Shown here in pieces: positions 53,811 through 64,000 of a stretch of 64,000 nt of DNA. The stretch is taken from the NCBI RefSeq assembly GCF_006345805.1, contig NC_043000.1, forward strand, positions 155,310,001-155,374,000. Direction: 5' to 3'. Under the pieces are notes generated by a model, which had not been told where the DNA came from, ran no database searches, and was given only the letters and a program-made list of their open reading frames with translations. Each line of letters opens with the position of its first letter. Position 1 is the first letter of the stretch. A program made the position numbers and the translations under genes. The stretch comes from Octopus sinensis. Its lineage: Eukaryota.

Positions 53811-56544
53811 ATATATATTATTTATATCATTATATATAAGTATACACATATATATATACATATAATATATATACATAGTGTTGTAGATCCTTACTGAGGA
53901 TCGTTTTATTTCTAATTCAACTCGAACTCCTGGTTATCTTCACTCTTCTACAGTAACTTTGAGAAGGCAAAAACTGCAGACACCTCACTGGTGAAATGCA
54001 AAGAGTATCATGTAAGGAGACGAAGAATGTATATAACAAATTTATTATAACTTACAAATGTTTCTGTACCACTTCACTTCTAACCACATTGTACATAAAT
54101 TATTCTGTGTGAAAATTTATGCAATGTGTGGTTGAACATATCAGAGTGATGCTTTAGACTGGCTTAAGCAATGCATCTTTGTATTGCGCAAATATTTATA
54201 TTGCGTGATGCTTAAATAGGGAGAAACACGATAATAAGTAGTGACAATACGCATGCATACCTACCCATATATACGAAATCCTAAGGCCCTGGCTTCGAAG
54301 GGATTTTTATTAGAACTCCAACGAGGACATAAAATGTTGAAAGTTGAAACGTGTGGCCGCGTGCTCATTCCAAGTTTGCGTAAGTCAACCATCTGAAGTT
54401 TTATGAAAGCTCTACTGTATGCAACATATTTTCTCCTAGACCGGATTATTCGACGAATGTAGTGTGTGAAAGGGCTTGCAAGTCGATTTAGGATCTGAAG
54501 AGACATGGCGGTCTAGAAGGAACAGGATCTTATAAAATGATCCAATCAATCCAGCGGAAGCTGCAACTTTCGCCTGGCACCTATGTGTCAAGCCACACAG
54601 GACTAAGTAGTCATCAGAAAGATCACAAACGGAATGTCAGAAAGGCCATTGGCAAAGAGGTAACTCAAAGCAATGACAATTATTTGTGAAGATTGGGCAA
54701 TTACCATGTATTCAGCACACATCCCACATAGGATAACTATAAATACTCTATAAAGTTATGAGTCTGTACTTGGTAAATATATGTTCAGCATTGTTATTGA
54801 ACGTGTATACTATAGTTAAACCATGGGTTTTGTTTTCCAAACTGTGTTTACAAAATGGAACAATCGAGCTAGTTTTAACTTTTGTTAAACTTTCATCAGA
54901 GATCTTTATTCATTTCTGTCCCCTGAGATAACAACAGCTTATAGTTATTTACAGTATACACAATGCATGAGGAACAAAATTGGTCTACCTAAGTGGAATA
55001 ATAGCGAAAACATTTGCAATGTGTGTTAATCAATTAAGAGAAACATTACATAGAAGTACATAGAAGCAGAATAAATAGAGATTTAGGTAAAGCTGAAGAA
55101 TGTATTCTTTCAGTAAAACCGTTTTTGTAACCAAACAGTAAAATATAGAGTTTTTGGCTAAACAACAGATTTTGTTTTTCAAACTCGATAAAAGCAATCA
55201 ATATTTACAAGTTCTGCAAGAGATTGTATATACTTCAAATATTCATGGGCTTCCATATACCCTGGGGGCTGTGAGTGAATAGCTAAAATCTGATGAAAGA
55301 CTAGTAAAGTTTGAAACCTTCCAATCATCCACAAACTCTTTTTAAGCGACAATTTAACCCTGTTGGATACATTGCAACCAATCTGCACAGCGGTTTCTCA
55401 CCTCTTCCTTCTTTACCTATTTCACTACACAATTCCTTTCACTTCTAAGTTAATGGCGTGGAATGGTTTACGGTTGGAATTTCCACAGATTTCCCATATT
55501 CTAGACTCCGCAAAAGTCTCAGTCGTATCAAGTACTAACTAGTACTCCGTACAGTGTTTAATGCAAATGCGATAAATAATACGTCACATGCGATAAACAC
55601 ATTATAATTTTTGAGAAAATGATTTAGAAGAATTAGAAAGTTCTCCAGTAATTTTCTTTCATGTAAATAAATGTTTAATTTAAAAGAGAAAATCAGTTTT
55701 AAATCTCTGAGCGAGATGTTGGCGAATAAACTTTAATTTAAAAGATTTATCCAAAAGATATTATTTAGCTGTTATTTTTAGCAGACCTCACAGCCACCTC
55801 ATTGCTCAATGACAAAAAGAAACAAACATTAAACAAACAAATTAAATATATTTAATTACAATTTAAATACGCTTAAAAAGCAAACATTTAACTTTCGGTT
55901 TTAATTTTTTAAATATCCTCCTGTTTTCAGTGCTTCCATAACAGAAGCGAAGTTACTGGAGCTTGCTGCCATCACAGAACACAGCGTCAAATTTGTCAAC
56001 ACGTGCTTCCTCGCAGATAAAAGACTTTTCAAAGACTGCTTGGATTCGGTTGTTACTATGGCAGTTGAGAGTCAAAAGAGTTCTCATGTTCCACTTCTTA
56101 CTATCGAAACAGCCATGAATGTGCCTGTGGCTTACAATTGGCTAAATTTAACAAAATTTTAAAACTTTAATTACTAAAAATCCTTTATTTATTGATTTAT
56201 AACGAAAATTACTTTCACGTCATTAATTAACCTATAAAAGTGTATCATTACACTGAATATGAAATCAATTCCAAGAGAATATTGATGCTAGCAGTCGCTG
56301 GCAACCAAACAGAAAAGATCCCTAAATATTTATAAATATTTTAAAATCTACACCTTTATATAGTTCAAATATCTCTATCTTGTTTACCCTATACCTTAGA
56401 TCCTATTTTATGTCATATCTCTATCCACCCGTAAGGATGTGGAATTGTTCTAAAATCAGTTCACCTTATATTATAAGTATCTATTCATGCTATAAGTAAT
56501 TCTGTTATAAATTCTATACTTATTCTTTTTACCAGGATTACGAA

Positions 56545-56685
56545 TCATATGGTTCCGGGTTCAGTCCCACTGCGTGGCACCTTCGGCAAGTGTCTTCTAC
56601 GATAGCCCCGGGCCGACCCAAGCCTTGTGAGTGGAGGATTTGGTAGAAGGAAACTGAAAGAGGCCCGTCGTATATATGTATATAC
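56545..56685 (+). mobile_element. SINE family A, 5' half, ending at the RTE insertion
   Basis: GGTTCCGGGTTCAGTCCCACTGCGTGGCACC...CCCGTCGTATATATG. Confidence 0.85.
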
Positions 56686-58950
56686 ATTGTTGGCATCCTT
56701 TTTGTCTCGGGAGACAATGGAGTTGCGCGTAAAGTAGTCTAGTCCGGCTTTTACTTTTCATGTCCTGATACATTTCCTGCTGTGGCTGTGTAGTCCTATC
56801 CTGGACAAACACTCCCTCTGGCAGGTACCGCAAATGTAGTGAAGACTGTACCTGGCTGGTTGTAGTGCCATAGTCTCTTGTTTACGTCTCTTCCTTTCTT
56901 TCCATTTCTCCTCTCTCTCTCTCTCTGCCACTCCTTTGTATTACCTCTTTTATGGTACGTCGCCAGTCTCCACGGTTGCCGGCAACTGCCTCCCAACCGC
57001 TAATGATGTTGCAGGCCTTCATGTCCCTTTTGCAAACATCCTTGTAACGTAAGAACGTTTACCCACAGACATAGTACCCCTAGCAAGCTCTCCGTAGAGT
57101 ATGTCCTTGGGGATTCTGCCATCTTTCATACGGCTAACATGCCCAAGCCATCTCATACGTCTTTGCGTGAGGAGTGCAAACATGCTTGGTATTCCTGCTT
57201 GCCTGAGGACATCTTTGTTGGGGATATGATTCTGCCATCTGATGTGGAGGATTTTCCGGAGGCAGCGCAGGTGAAAGATGTTTAGGCGACGCTCTTGGCG
57301 TGTGTATAGCGTCCAAGTCTCACTTCCATACAGTAGAGTGGTAAGTACTAATGCCTGGTAGATCTTCATTTTCGTGGTATTGGTCTGCTTATTGTTGTCC
57401 CAAGCCCGTTTGGAGAGTTGGGCCATCGCAGCAGCTGCCTTGCCAATGCGTATATTGAGCTCAGCGTCAAGGGATAGGTTGTAGGTGACGGTAGAGCCAA
57501 GATAGGTAAACTTCTCCACCTCTTGTAATCTGTGGTCTCCAATATGTATGTTTGGGATGTCCGATGTAGCCTGACCCATGATGTTGGTCTTCTTAAGGCT
57601 GATAGCTAAGCCAAAGTCGTTACATGCTTGCTCAAAACAGTTAATGAGCCTTTGGAGGGCTTCTTCTGTGTGTGATACCAGAGCGGCATCATCAGCAAAT
57701 AGCATCTCCTTGATCAGGACGTTTCTGATTTTGGTCTTGGCACGCAGGCACGAGAGATTGAACAATTTCCCGTCACTTCTACTGTGCAGAAACACTCCAT
57801 CAACTGATGTCTGAAAGGCATGTGAGAGTAAGAGCGAGAAGAAGATGCCAAACAATGTAGGAGCGAGGACACAATCTTGCTTTACCCCGTTCTTTATTTG
57901 GAAGGCAGCTGATGTTGAACCGTTGTGCTGTATGGTGCCTTGCATGTCATCATGGAAAGACTTGATGATCCTCAGCAGCTTTGGTGGACATCCGATTCTT
58001 TGAAGCAGGATGAAGAGGCCTGTTCTGCTTACCGAGTCAAAGGCCTTTGTTAGATCAATGAAGGCCATATATAATGGCATTCTCTGCTCTCTGGACTTCT
58101 CCTGAAGTTGGCGTATGGAGAATATCATATCGATAGTTGATCTGCTACTTCTAAAGCCACACTGCGATTCCGGATAGATTCGAGAAGCAAGTAGTTGTAG
58201 CCTGGCCAGGGTAACGCGGGCAAAGGTCTTTCCAACAGTGCTTAGAAGAGATAGTCCACGGTAATTGTTACAATCACCACAGTCACCTTTGTTTTTGTAA
58301 AGTGTAATGATGTTTGCATCCCGCATATCCTGAGGGACTGTACCCTCTTCCCAGCACTGACACAGAAGCTCATGAAGGTGCCGAAGCAGGATGGTGTTTT
58401 TGCCGGCTTTGATGATCTCTGAGGGGATGCCATCTTTTCCCAGAGCCTTGTTTCTTGCTAGGGAGTCAACAGCCTTGGTGAGTTCTGCTATAGATGGCGG
58501 ACTGTCAAGTTCGCACATGACTGGCAAGATCTTGACACTCTCGACTGCAGTCTCAGCCACTGTAGTCTCCCGTGAGTAGAGATCCTGGTAGTGCTCCACC
58601 CATCTATCCATTTGCTTGCTTTGATCCCTGATGAGATCTCCAGTAGTTGATTTCAGAGGGGCTGACTTGGTTGCGGATGGACCGAGGGCCTTCTTCAAAC
58701 CGGCATACATCCCACGGGTGTCGCCCCTGTCAGCAGCTGACTGGATACTCTGACAGATTTCCTGCCAATACCTATTTGCACAGCGTCTGGCTGTCAGTTG
58801 GGTTTTATTTCGTGCTTTTCTGAGTTCTTCGAGTGACTTTGTAGAAGAGTCACTCTTGTATTGCATCAGAGCTGCACGCTTTGCTTCGATAACTGGCTCC
58901 AGCTCTGAGAGCCCAGCATTGAACCAATCTGGGTTTTGCCTTTCTCTCAT
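56686..58950 (-). mobile_element. RTE/BovB-like LINE, 5'-truncated
   Basis: RT motifs, C-terminal CGTCQRECLSRIGLHSH zinc finger, 3' end CCATTGTCTCCCGAGAC...GATGCCAAC. Confidence 0.92.
57019..58950 (-). CDS. RTE-clade reverse transcriptase, partial (no endonuclease; C-terminus frameshifted)
   Basis: Open ~640 codons with LYKNKGD, NYRGLSLL, PESQCGFR, FIDLTKAFDSV, GVKQDCVLAPTLF, LFADDAAL, FTYLGS, RWLGHV. Confidence 0.75.
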   Translation of the reverse strand: MRERQNPDWFNAGLSELEPVIEAKRAALMQYKSDSSTKSLEELRKARNKTQLTARRCANRYWQEICQSIQSAADRGDTRGMYAGLKKALGPSATKSAPLKSTTGDLIRDQSKQMDRWVEHYQDLYSRETTVAETAVESVKILPVMCELDSPPSIAELTKAVDSLARNKALGKDGIPSEIIKAGKNTILLRHLHELLCQCWEEGTVPQDMRDANIITLYKNKGDCGDCNNYRGLSLLSTVGKTFARVTLARLQLLASRIYPESQCGFRSSRSTIDMIFSIRQLQEKSREQRMPLYMAFIDLTKAFDSVSRTGLFILLQRIGCPPKLLRIIKSFHDDMQGTIQHNGSTSAAFQIKNGVKQDCVLAPTLFGIFFSLLLSHAFQTSVDGVFLHSRSDGKLFNLSCLRAKTKIRNVLIKEMLFADDAALVSHTEEALQRLINCFEQACNDFGLAISLKKTNIMGQATSDIPNIHIGDHRLQEVEKFTYLGSTVTYNLSLDAELNIRIGKAAAAMAQLSKRAWDNNKQTNTTKMKIYQALVLTTLLYGSETWTLYTRQERRLNIFHLRCLRKILHIRWQNHIPNKDVLRQAGIPSMFALLTQRRMRWLGHVSRMKDGRIPKDILYGELARGTMSVGKRSYVTRMFAKGT

Positions 58951-59048
58951 GCCAAAAATATAAATATAAATTAAATTAGAGATAAAACCACTATTAGGCA
59001 TATCAAACAGTGAAAAACAAACCAAAACATAAAAATAATAATAATTAT

Positions 59049-59668
59049 TCGACGAATTTTCGAAACTTTTCGAAAACTTTTTGGTGAAAATTTTCAAAAA
59101 ATTTTTGGTGAAAATTTTCGAAAACTTTTTGGGTAAAATTTTCAGTAAAAATTTTCGTAAAATTTTTTCGTAAAGTTTTCGAAAAATTTTTGTTGGAAAT
59201 TTTCGGTTAAAAATTTCGAAACATTTTTATGGAAAATTTTCCAAAAATTTTTGGGAAAAATATTCGGTGAAAATTTTCGTAAAATTTTTGGGCAAAATTT
59301 TCTAAAAATTTTTGGTCAAAATTCTCGAAAAATTTTTGGTGAAAATTTTCAGGAAATTTTTGGGTAAAACTTTCGAAAGATTTTTATGGAAAATTTTTGG
59401 GCAAAACTTTCGAAAAATTTTTAGTGAAAATTTTCTGTTAAAATTTTCGGTGAAACTTTTCCAAAACTTTTTGGTGAAAATTTTCGAAAAAATTTTGGTG
59501 AAAATTTTCGAAAACTTTTTGGGTAAAACTTTCGGTGAAAATTTTCGTAAAATTTTTGGTGAAAATTCTCGAAAAATTTTTTGTGAAAATTTTCGGGAAA
59601 TTTTTGTGTAAAATTTTCAAAAAATTATTGGGTAAAATTTTATAAAAATTTTTATGGAAAATTTTCGG
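59049..59668. repeat. Satellite A (GGTGAAAATTTTCGAAAAATTTTT-like, 11-13-bp subunits)
   Basis: Tandem quasi-palindromic GAAAATTTTC units. Confidence 0.9.
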
Positions 59669-61229
59669 CACATCTTGTCCGGCACTCACTTTGATCTCTT
59701 TCGGGACTCCTCTTTGAGCTCTTTCGGCATCCACTTTGATCTCTTTCGAGACTCGTCTTTGATCTCGTTCGGCAACCTCATTGATCTCTTTTGGCACACT
59801 TTTTGATCTCTTTCGGGACCCTCATCGATCTCTTTCAGGACCCTCTTTCATTTCTTTCGGCATCTTCTTTGATCTCTTTCGAGACTCCACTTTGATCTCT
59901 TTCGGGACTCCTCTTTGATCTCTTTCGGCATCCTCTTTGATCTCTTTCGGGACTCGTCTTTGATCTCTTTCGGCAACCACATTGATCTCTTTCGGCACCC
60001 TCTTTGATCTCTTTCGGGTCTCCTCTTTCATCTCTTTCGGGACTCCTTTTTGATCTCTTTCGGCACCCTCTTCGATCTCTGTCGGCACACTCTTTGATCT
60101 CTGTCGGCACCCTCTTTGATCTCTGTCGGCATGGTCTTTGATCTCTGTCGGCACGCTCTTTGATCTCTGTCGACACGCTCTTTGATCTCTGTCGGGACGC
60201 TCATTGATAGCTGTCGGCACCCTCTTTGATCACTGCCGATACCCTCTTTGATCTCTGTCGGCACGCTCTTTGATCTATATCGGCACCCTCTTTGATCTCT
60301 GCCGATACCCTCTTTGATCTCTGTCGGCACCCTCTTTGATCTCTTTCGGCACCCTCTCTGATCTTTTTCGGCACCCTTTTTGATATCTTTCGGCACTCTC
60401 TTTGATCTCTTTCGGGACACCTATTTGATCTCTTTCGGCATCCTCTTTGATCTCTGTCGGCACACTCTTTGATCTCTGTCGGCACCCTCTTTGATCTCTG
60501 TCGGCATGCTCTTTGATCTCTGTCGGCACGCTCTTTGATCTCTGTCGGCACGCTCTTTGATCTCTGTCAGCACGCTCATTGATAGCTGTCGGCACCCTCT
60601 TTGATCTCTGCCGATACCCTCTTTGATCTCTGTCGGCACCCTCTTTGACCTCTATCGGCATGGTCTTTGATCTCTGTCGGCACGCTCTTTGATCTCTGTC
60701 GACACGCTCTTTGATCTCTTTCGGGACACCTATTTGATCTCTTTCGGCATCCTCTTTGATCTCTTTCGGCACCCTCTTTGATCTCTATCGGCACTCTTTT
60801 TGATCTGTTTCGGCACTCTCTTCGATCTCTTTAGGCATCCTCTTTGATCTCTGTCGGCACCCTCTTTGATCTCTGTCGGTACGCTCATTGATAGCTGTCG
60901 ACACCCTCTCTGATCTCTTTCGGCATCCTCTTTGATCTCTTTCGTCATCCTCTTTGATCTCTTTCGGCATCCTCTTTGATCTCTTTCGGCATCCTCTTTG
61001 CTCTCTTTCGGCACTCTTTTTTATCTCTTTCGGCACTCTCTTTGATCTCTTTCGAGTCTCCTCTTTGATCTCTTTCGGCACTATCTTTCATCTCTTTCGG
61101 GACCCCCTTTGATCTCTTTCGGCACTCTCTTTGATATATTTCGGCACCCTCTTTGATCTCTTTCGGCACCGCCTTTATCTCTTTCGGCACTCTTTTTGAT
61201 CTCTTTCGGGACTCATCTTTGATCTGTTC
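59669..61229. repeat. Satellite B, 22-bp unit CTCTTTGATCTCT(T/G)TCGGCACC, ~70 copies
   Basis: Tandem 22-mers with recurrent higher-order blocks. Confidence 0.95.
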
Positions 61230-61724
61230 GGTGAAAATTTTCGATGAAAATTTTCAGGAAATTTTTTGGTTAAATTTTTAGTGAAAATTTTAGAAAAATT
61301 GTTGGTGAAAATCTTAGAAATATTTTTGAGTAAAATTTTCGTTGAAATTTTTCTAAAAATGTCTGAGGAAAATTTTCGAAAAATTTTTGGGTAAAATTTT
61401 CGTTGAAAATTTTCTAAAAATTTTGGTGAAAATTTTCGGTTAAAATTTTCGAAAATTTTTGTGTAAAATTTTCGGTGAAAATTTTCTAAAAATTTTTGTT
61501 GAAAACTTTCGGTTAAAATTTTCGAAAATTTTTGTGTAAAATTTTCGGTGAAAATTTTCGAAAAATTTTTAGGTAAAATTTTCGGTTAAAATTTTCGAAA
61601 AATTTTTGGGTCAAATTTTCGTTGAAAATTTTCAGACAAAATTTGGGTAAAATTTTCGAAAAGTTTTTAGAGAAAGTTTTCGGTGAATATTTTCGAAAAA
61701 TTTTTGGGGAAAATTTTTGACGAA
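61230..61724. repeat. Satellite A, second block in the same orientation
   Basis: GGTGAAAATTTTCG units as in 59049-59668. Confidence 0.9.
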
Positions 61725-61950
61725 AATAGCACCACCTGGCGAAATCTTTCAATTCAGGATTTGTGCACCAAGGCCGATTCGAGCAGAGAGTTATTGTCTC
61801 AGTTATTGTCACATATCCGGGTGTGGGTGGTTTTTCCGGGACTATTTGAAGGAATTTGCCCAAAGACTTCTTGAATTTTGTGTGGTCAGTTTCTGTTTTG
61901 ACGTGTGTTGGTGTGATGTTGAAGAGAGCGGGTCCAATTGAGGTGAAATT
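61725..61950 (-). mobile_element. CR1/L2-like LINE 3' fragment
   Basis: [30 protein letters not shown], homologous to the 10055-10260 copy; CAGGTGGTGCTATT 3' UTR motif. Confidence 0.8.
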
Positions 61951-62368
61951 ATATATATATATATATACATATATATACATATATACATATATATATATAT
62001 AATATATATATATATACATATATACGCATATGTACACATATATATATATATATACATATATACGCATATGTACACACATATATATATACATATACGCATA
62101 TGTACATATATACATATACATATATACGCATATGTACATATATATATATATATATATACGCATATGTACATATATATATATAATATATATATATATATAC
62201 TATATACGCATATGTACACATATATATATATACATATATACGCATATGTACACACATATATATATACATATATACGCATATGTACATATATACATATACA
62301 TATATACGCATATGTACATATATATATATATATATACGCATATGTACATATATATATATATATATACA
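61951..62368. repeat. (TA)n-derived minisatellite with recurring TACGCATATGTACA
   Basis: About ten copies of the motif separated by variable TA/TACA tracts. Confidence 0.85.
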
Positions 62369-64000
62369 CAATGCACAAGGTGTCAGCCCTTCCATCAATG
62401 CACAAAAATGGAAGGTCCAATTCATTGAAGACTGGGTTGGTAACCATTCACACCACATCCCTTTCTTCATTCTCACTGAGACCCACCTTGACAACTCCCA
62501 CTTGGAAGCCGAAGTGAGAGTGAAGAATTTCACAACCATCCGCGCGGATCGTATCGGCAGGAGGAAGGGTGGAACTGCCATTTTCCTGCATGATTCATTT
62601 ACGGCAGATGGAAATAGTATATTCTCCAATGGCTACTGTGAATCAGTCACCGTGCACAACAAAGCCAATGACCTGACAGTAATTGGGCTCTATAGGCCGC
62701 CCCAAACACCCATACTGTGCTTTAAAGAATGCCTCAACAGCATTAAGTGCTTTATTCAACAGTGCCATTCTAGCAACATACTCATGATGGGAGACTTCAA
62801 TCTACCCTGTGTTGACTGGACTACAAACTGTTTGAAACCAAGCACTCCCGCCTCAACCGCTGACAAAGAAGCAGCAGAGTCACTTTTCGACTTTACGAAT
62901 GAGTTTTTCTTGTCCAACTTGTCCTTGCACCAACAAGACATCAGAACATTTTGGACCTAGTGTTTAGTAACCACACTAACACTATACATAACGTTACAGT
63001 GGAAAAAACCCTTCTTTCAGACCATGACATGGTTCTCTGTATCATGAAATTCCACCAGCCGAAAGCTAATCCTAGTGACCTTCCTCCAGCCCACCCATTT
63101 GACAACATGGATCTCCATAAAGCCAACTGGGATGCAATCAGGAACGAGCTATCAAATGTTGACTGGTCCTTTACACATACACACATCTCCACCAACCATA
63201 AAACATCTTGGCAGATCTTTGTAGACACCGTCACAGACATATGTGCAAAACACTCCCCACCAAGACCTGTGAACAAAAAGTGCAGAATCCCCCAAAACAG
63301 AAAAACCATTATCAGAAAAATAAAAAGAACAAACAAAAAAATTAACAAACTAAAGTACTGCCAACAGCAACACACACATTCGACGGCTATCGCACTGCTT
63401 GAATCCAAAAAATATAACCTCCAACAATGCATGAAGACCCTCATCAATAACCAAAGATCAGCTGAGGAGAAGTGGGCCATTGAAAAAATCAAACTCAACC
63501 CCAAATTGTTCTTTTCATTTGCGAGGAAACTCAGGGTCACTGTCTCCACTGTAGGCCTCTAATTGACGAAACTGGCACTCTCCAAGATAATGCCAAATCC
63601 ATGGCCGAGATACTGCAGAAACAATACTGCTCTGTTTTCAGCAATCCTGATATGGCCGATCTGGGCTGTATCAGTGATGTCAACCCCCAACACACTATAT
63701 CGGACATAACGTTTAGTGCCCCTGATGTCTTAGCGGCGATAAACGAAATAAAACACAATTCAGCAGTAGCCCCGATAGGTTCCTGCTTGTGTCCTGAAGG
63801 TGTGTCGACACCAACTTGCATCTCCCTTGCTAATCTGTGGAGAAACTCACTGGATGCTGGCTATATTCCAAAAAACCTTCTGTCCCAGTCTGTTGTCCCA
63901 GTTTTCAAAAAGGGAAACAAGTCCCTTGCAGTGAATTACCGTCCGATCTCACTCACCTCTCATATCATCAAGGTATTTGAGAGGGTGGTGAGATCTCGAA
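62369..64000 (+). mobile_element. CR1/L2-like LINE ORF2 (APE endonuclease to start of RT), frameshifted, continues past the window
   Basis: [74 protein letters not shown]. Confidence 0.9.

Noticed and set aside
54700-56330. Host exon or DNA transposase
   Set aside because: No recognisable motifs or convincing ORF; probably decayed TE that cannot be classified by eye.
53070-59036. Inverted ~60-bp copies (53070-53132 and 58975-59036) as TIRs of a 6-kb element
   Set aside because: No TSD, and the interior is a patchwork of unrelated repeats; more simply two dispersed copies of one repeat end.
58951-59097. N-terminal extension of the 692-aa RT ORF
   Set aside because: Read-through from satellite and unrelated AT-rich repeat; RTE homology starts at ~58950.
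59438-61190. Overlapping ORFs with KEIKEGAERDQRGCRKRSKRVP repeats
   Set aside because: The 22-bp unit lacks stop codons on the minus strand, so all three frames stay open and cycle through the same peptide; this is no evidence of coding.
59669-61229. CRISPR-like array
   Set aside because: Units are contiguous with no unique spacers; eukaryotic context and no cas genes.

Overview
Repeat-saturated, apparently gene-free animal genomic DNA. The SINE families resemble octopus/coleoid cephalopod OK/OR-type SINEs; this is recognition from memory, not a database match. No host protein-coding exon is supportable, and nearly all short ORFs are microsatellite artefacts. The window holds three tRNA-derived SINE families, non-LTR retrotransposon remnants (CR1/L2-like, RTE/BovB-like with a ~640-codon open RT frame, R4/Dong-like, L1/Tx1-like, Penelope-like), Tc1/mariner elements, a hAT MITE, a non-autonomous Helitron, many microsatellites, a 100-N gap and a layered A-B-A satellite block (59.0-61.7 kb). 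The most interesting signal is a set of short non-coding elements carrying minimal type I hammerhead-ribozyme motifs (24.75, 38.95, 41.13, 47.3, 47.8/48.3 kb). Two of them are long palindromes with hammerhead motifs on both strands, suggesting a family of Penelope-derived, ribozyme-bearing fold-back elements. SINE and degenerate-TE boundaries are approximate.
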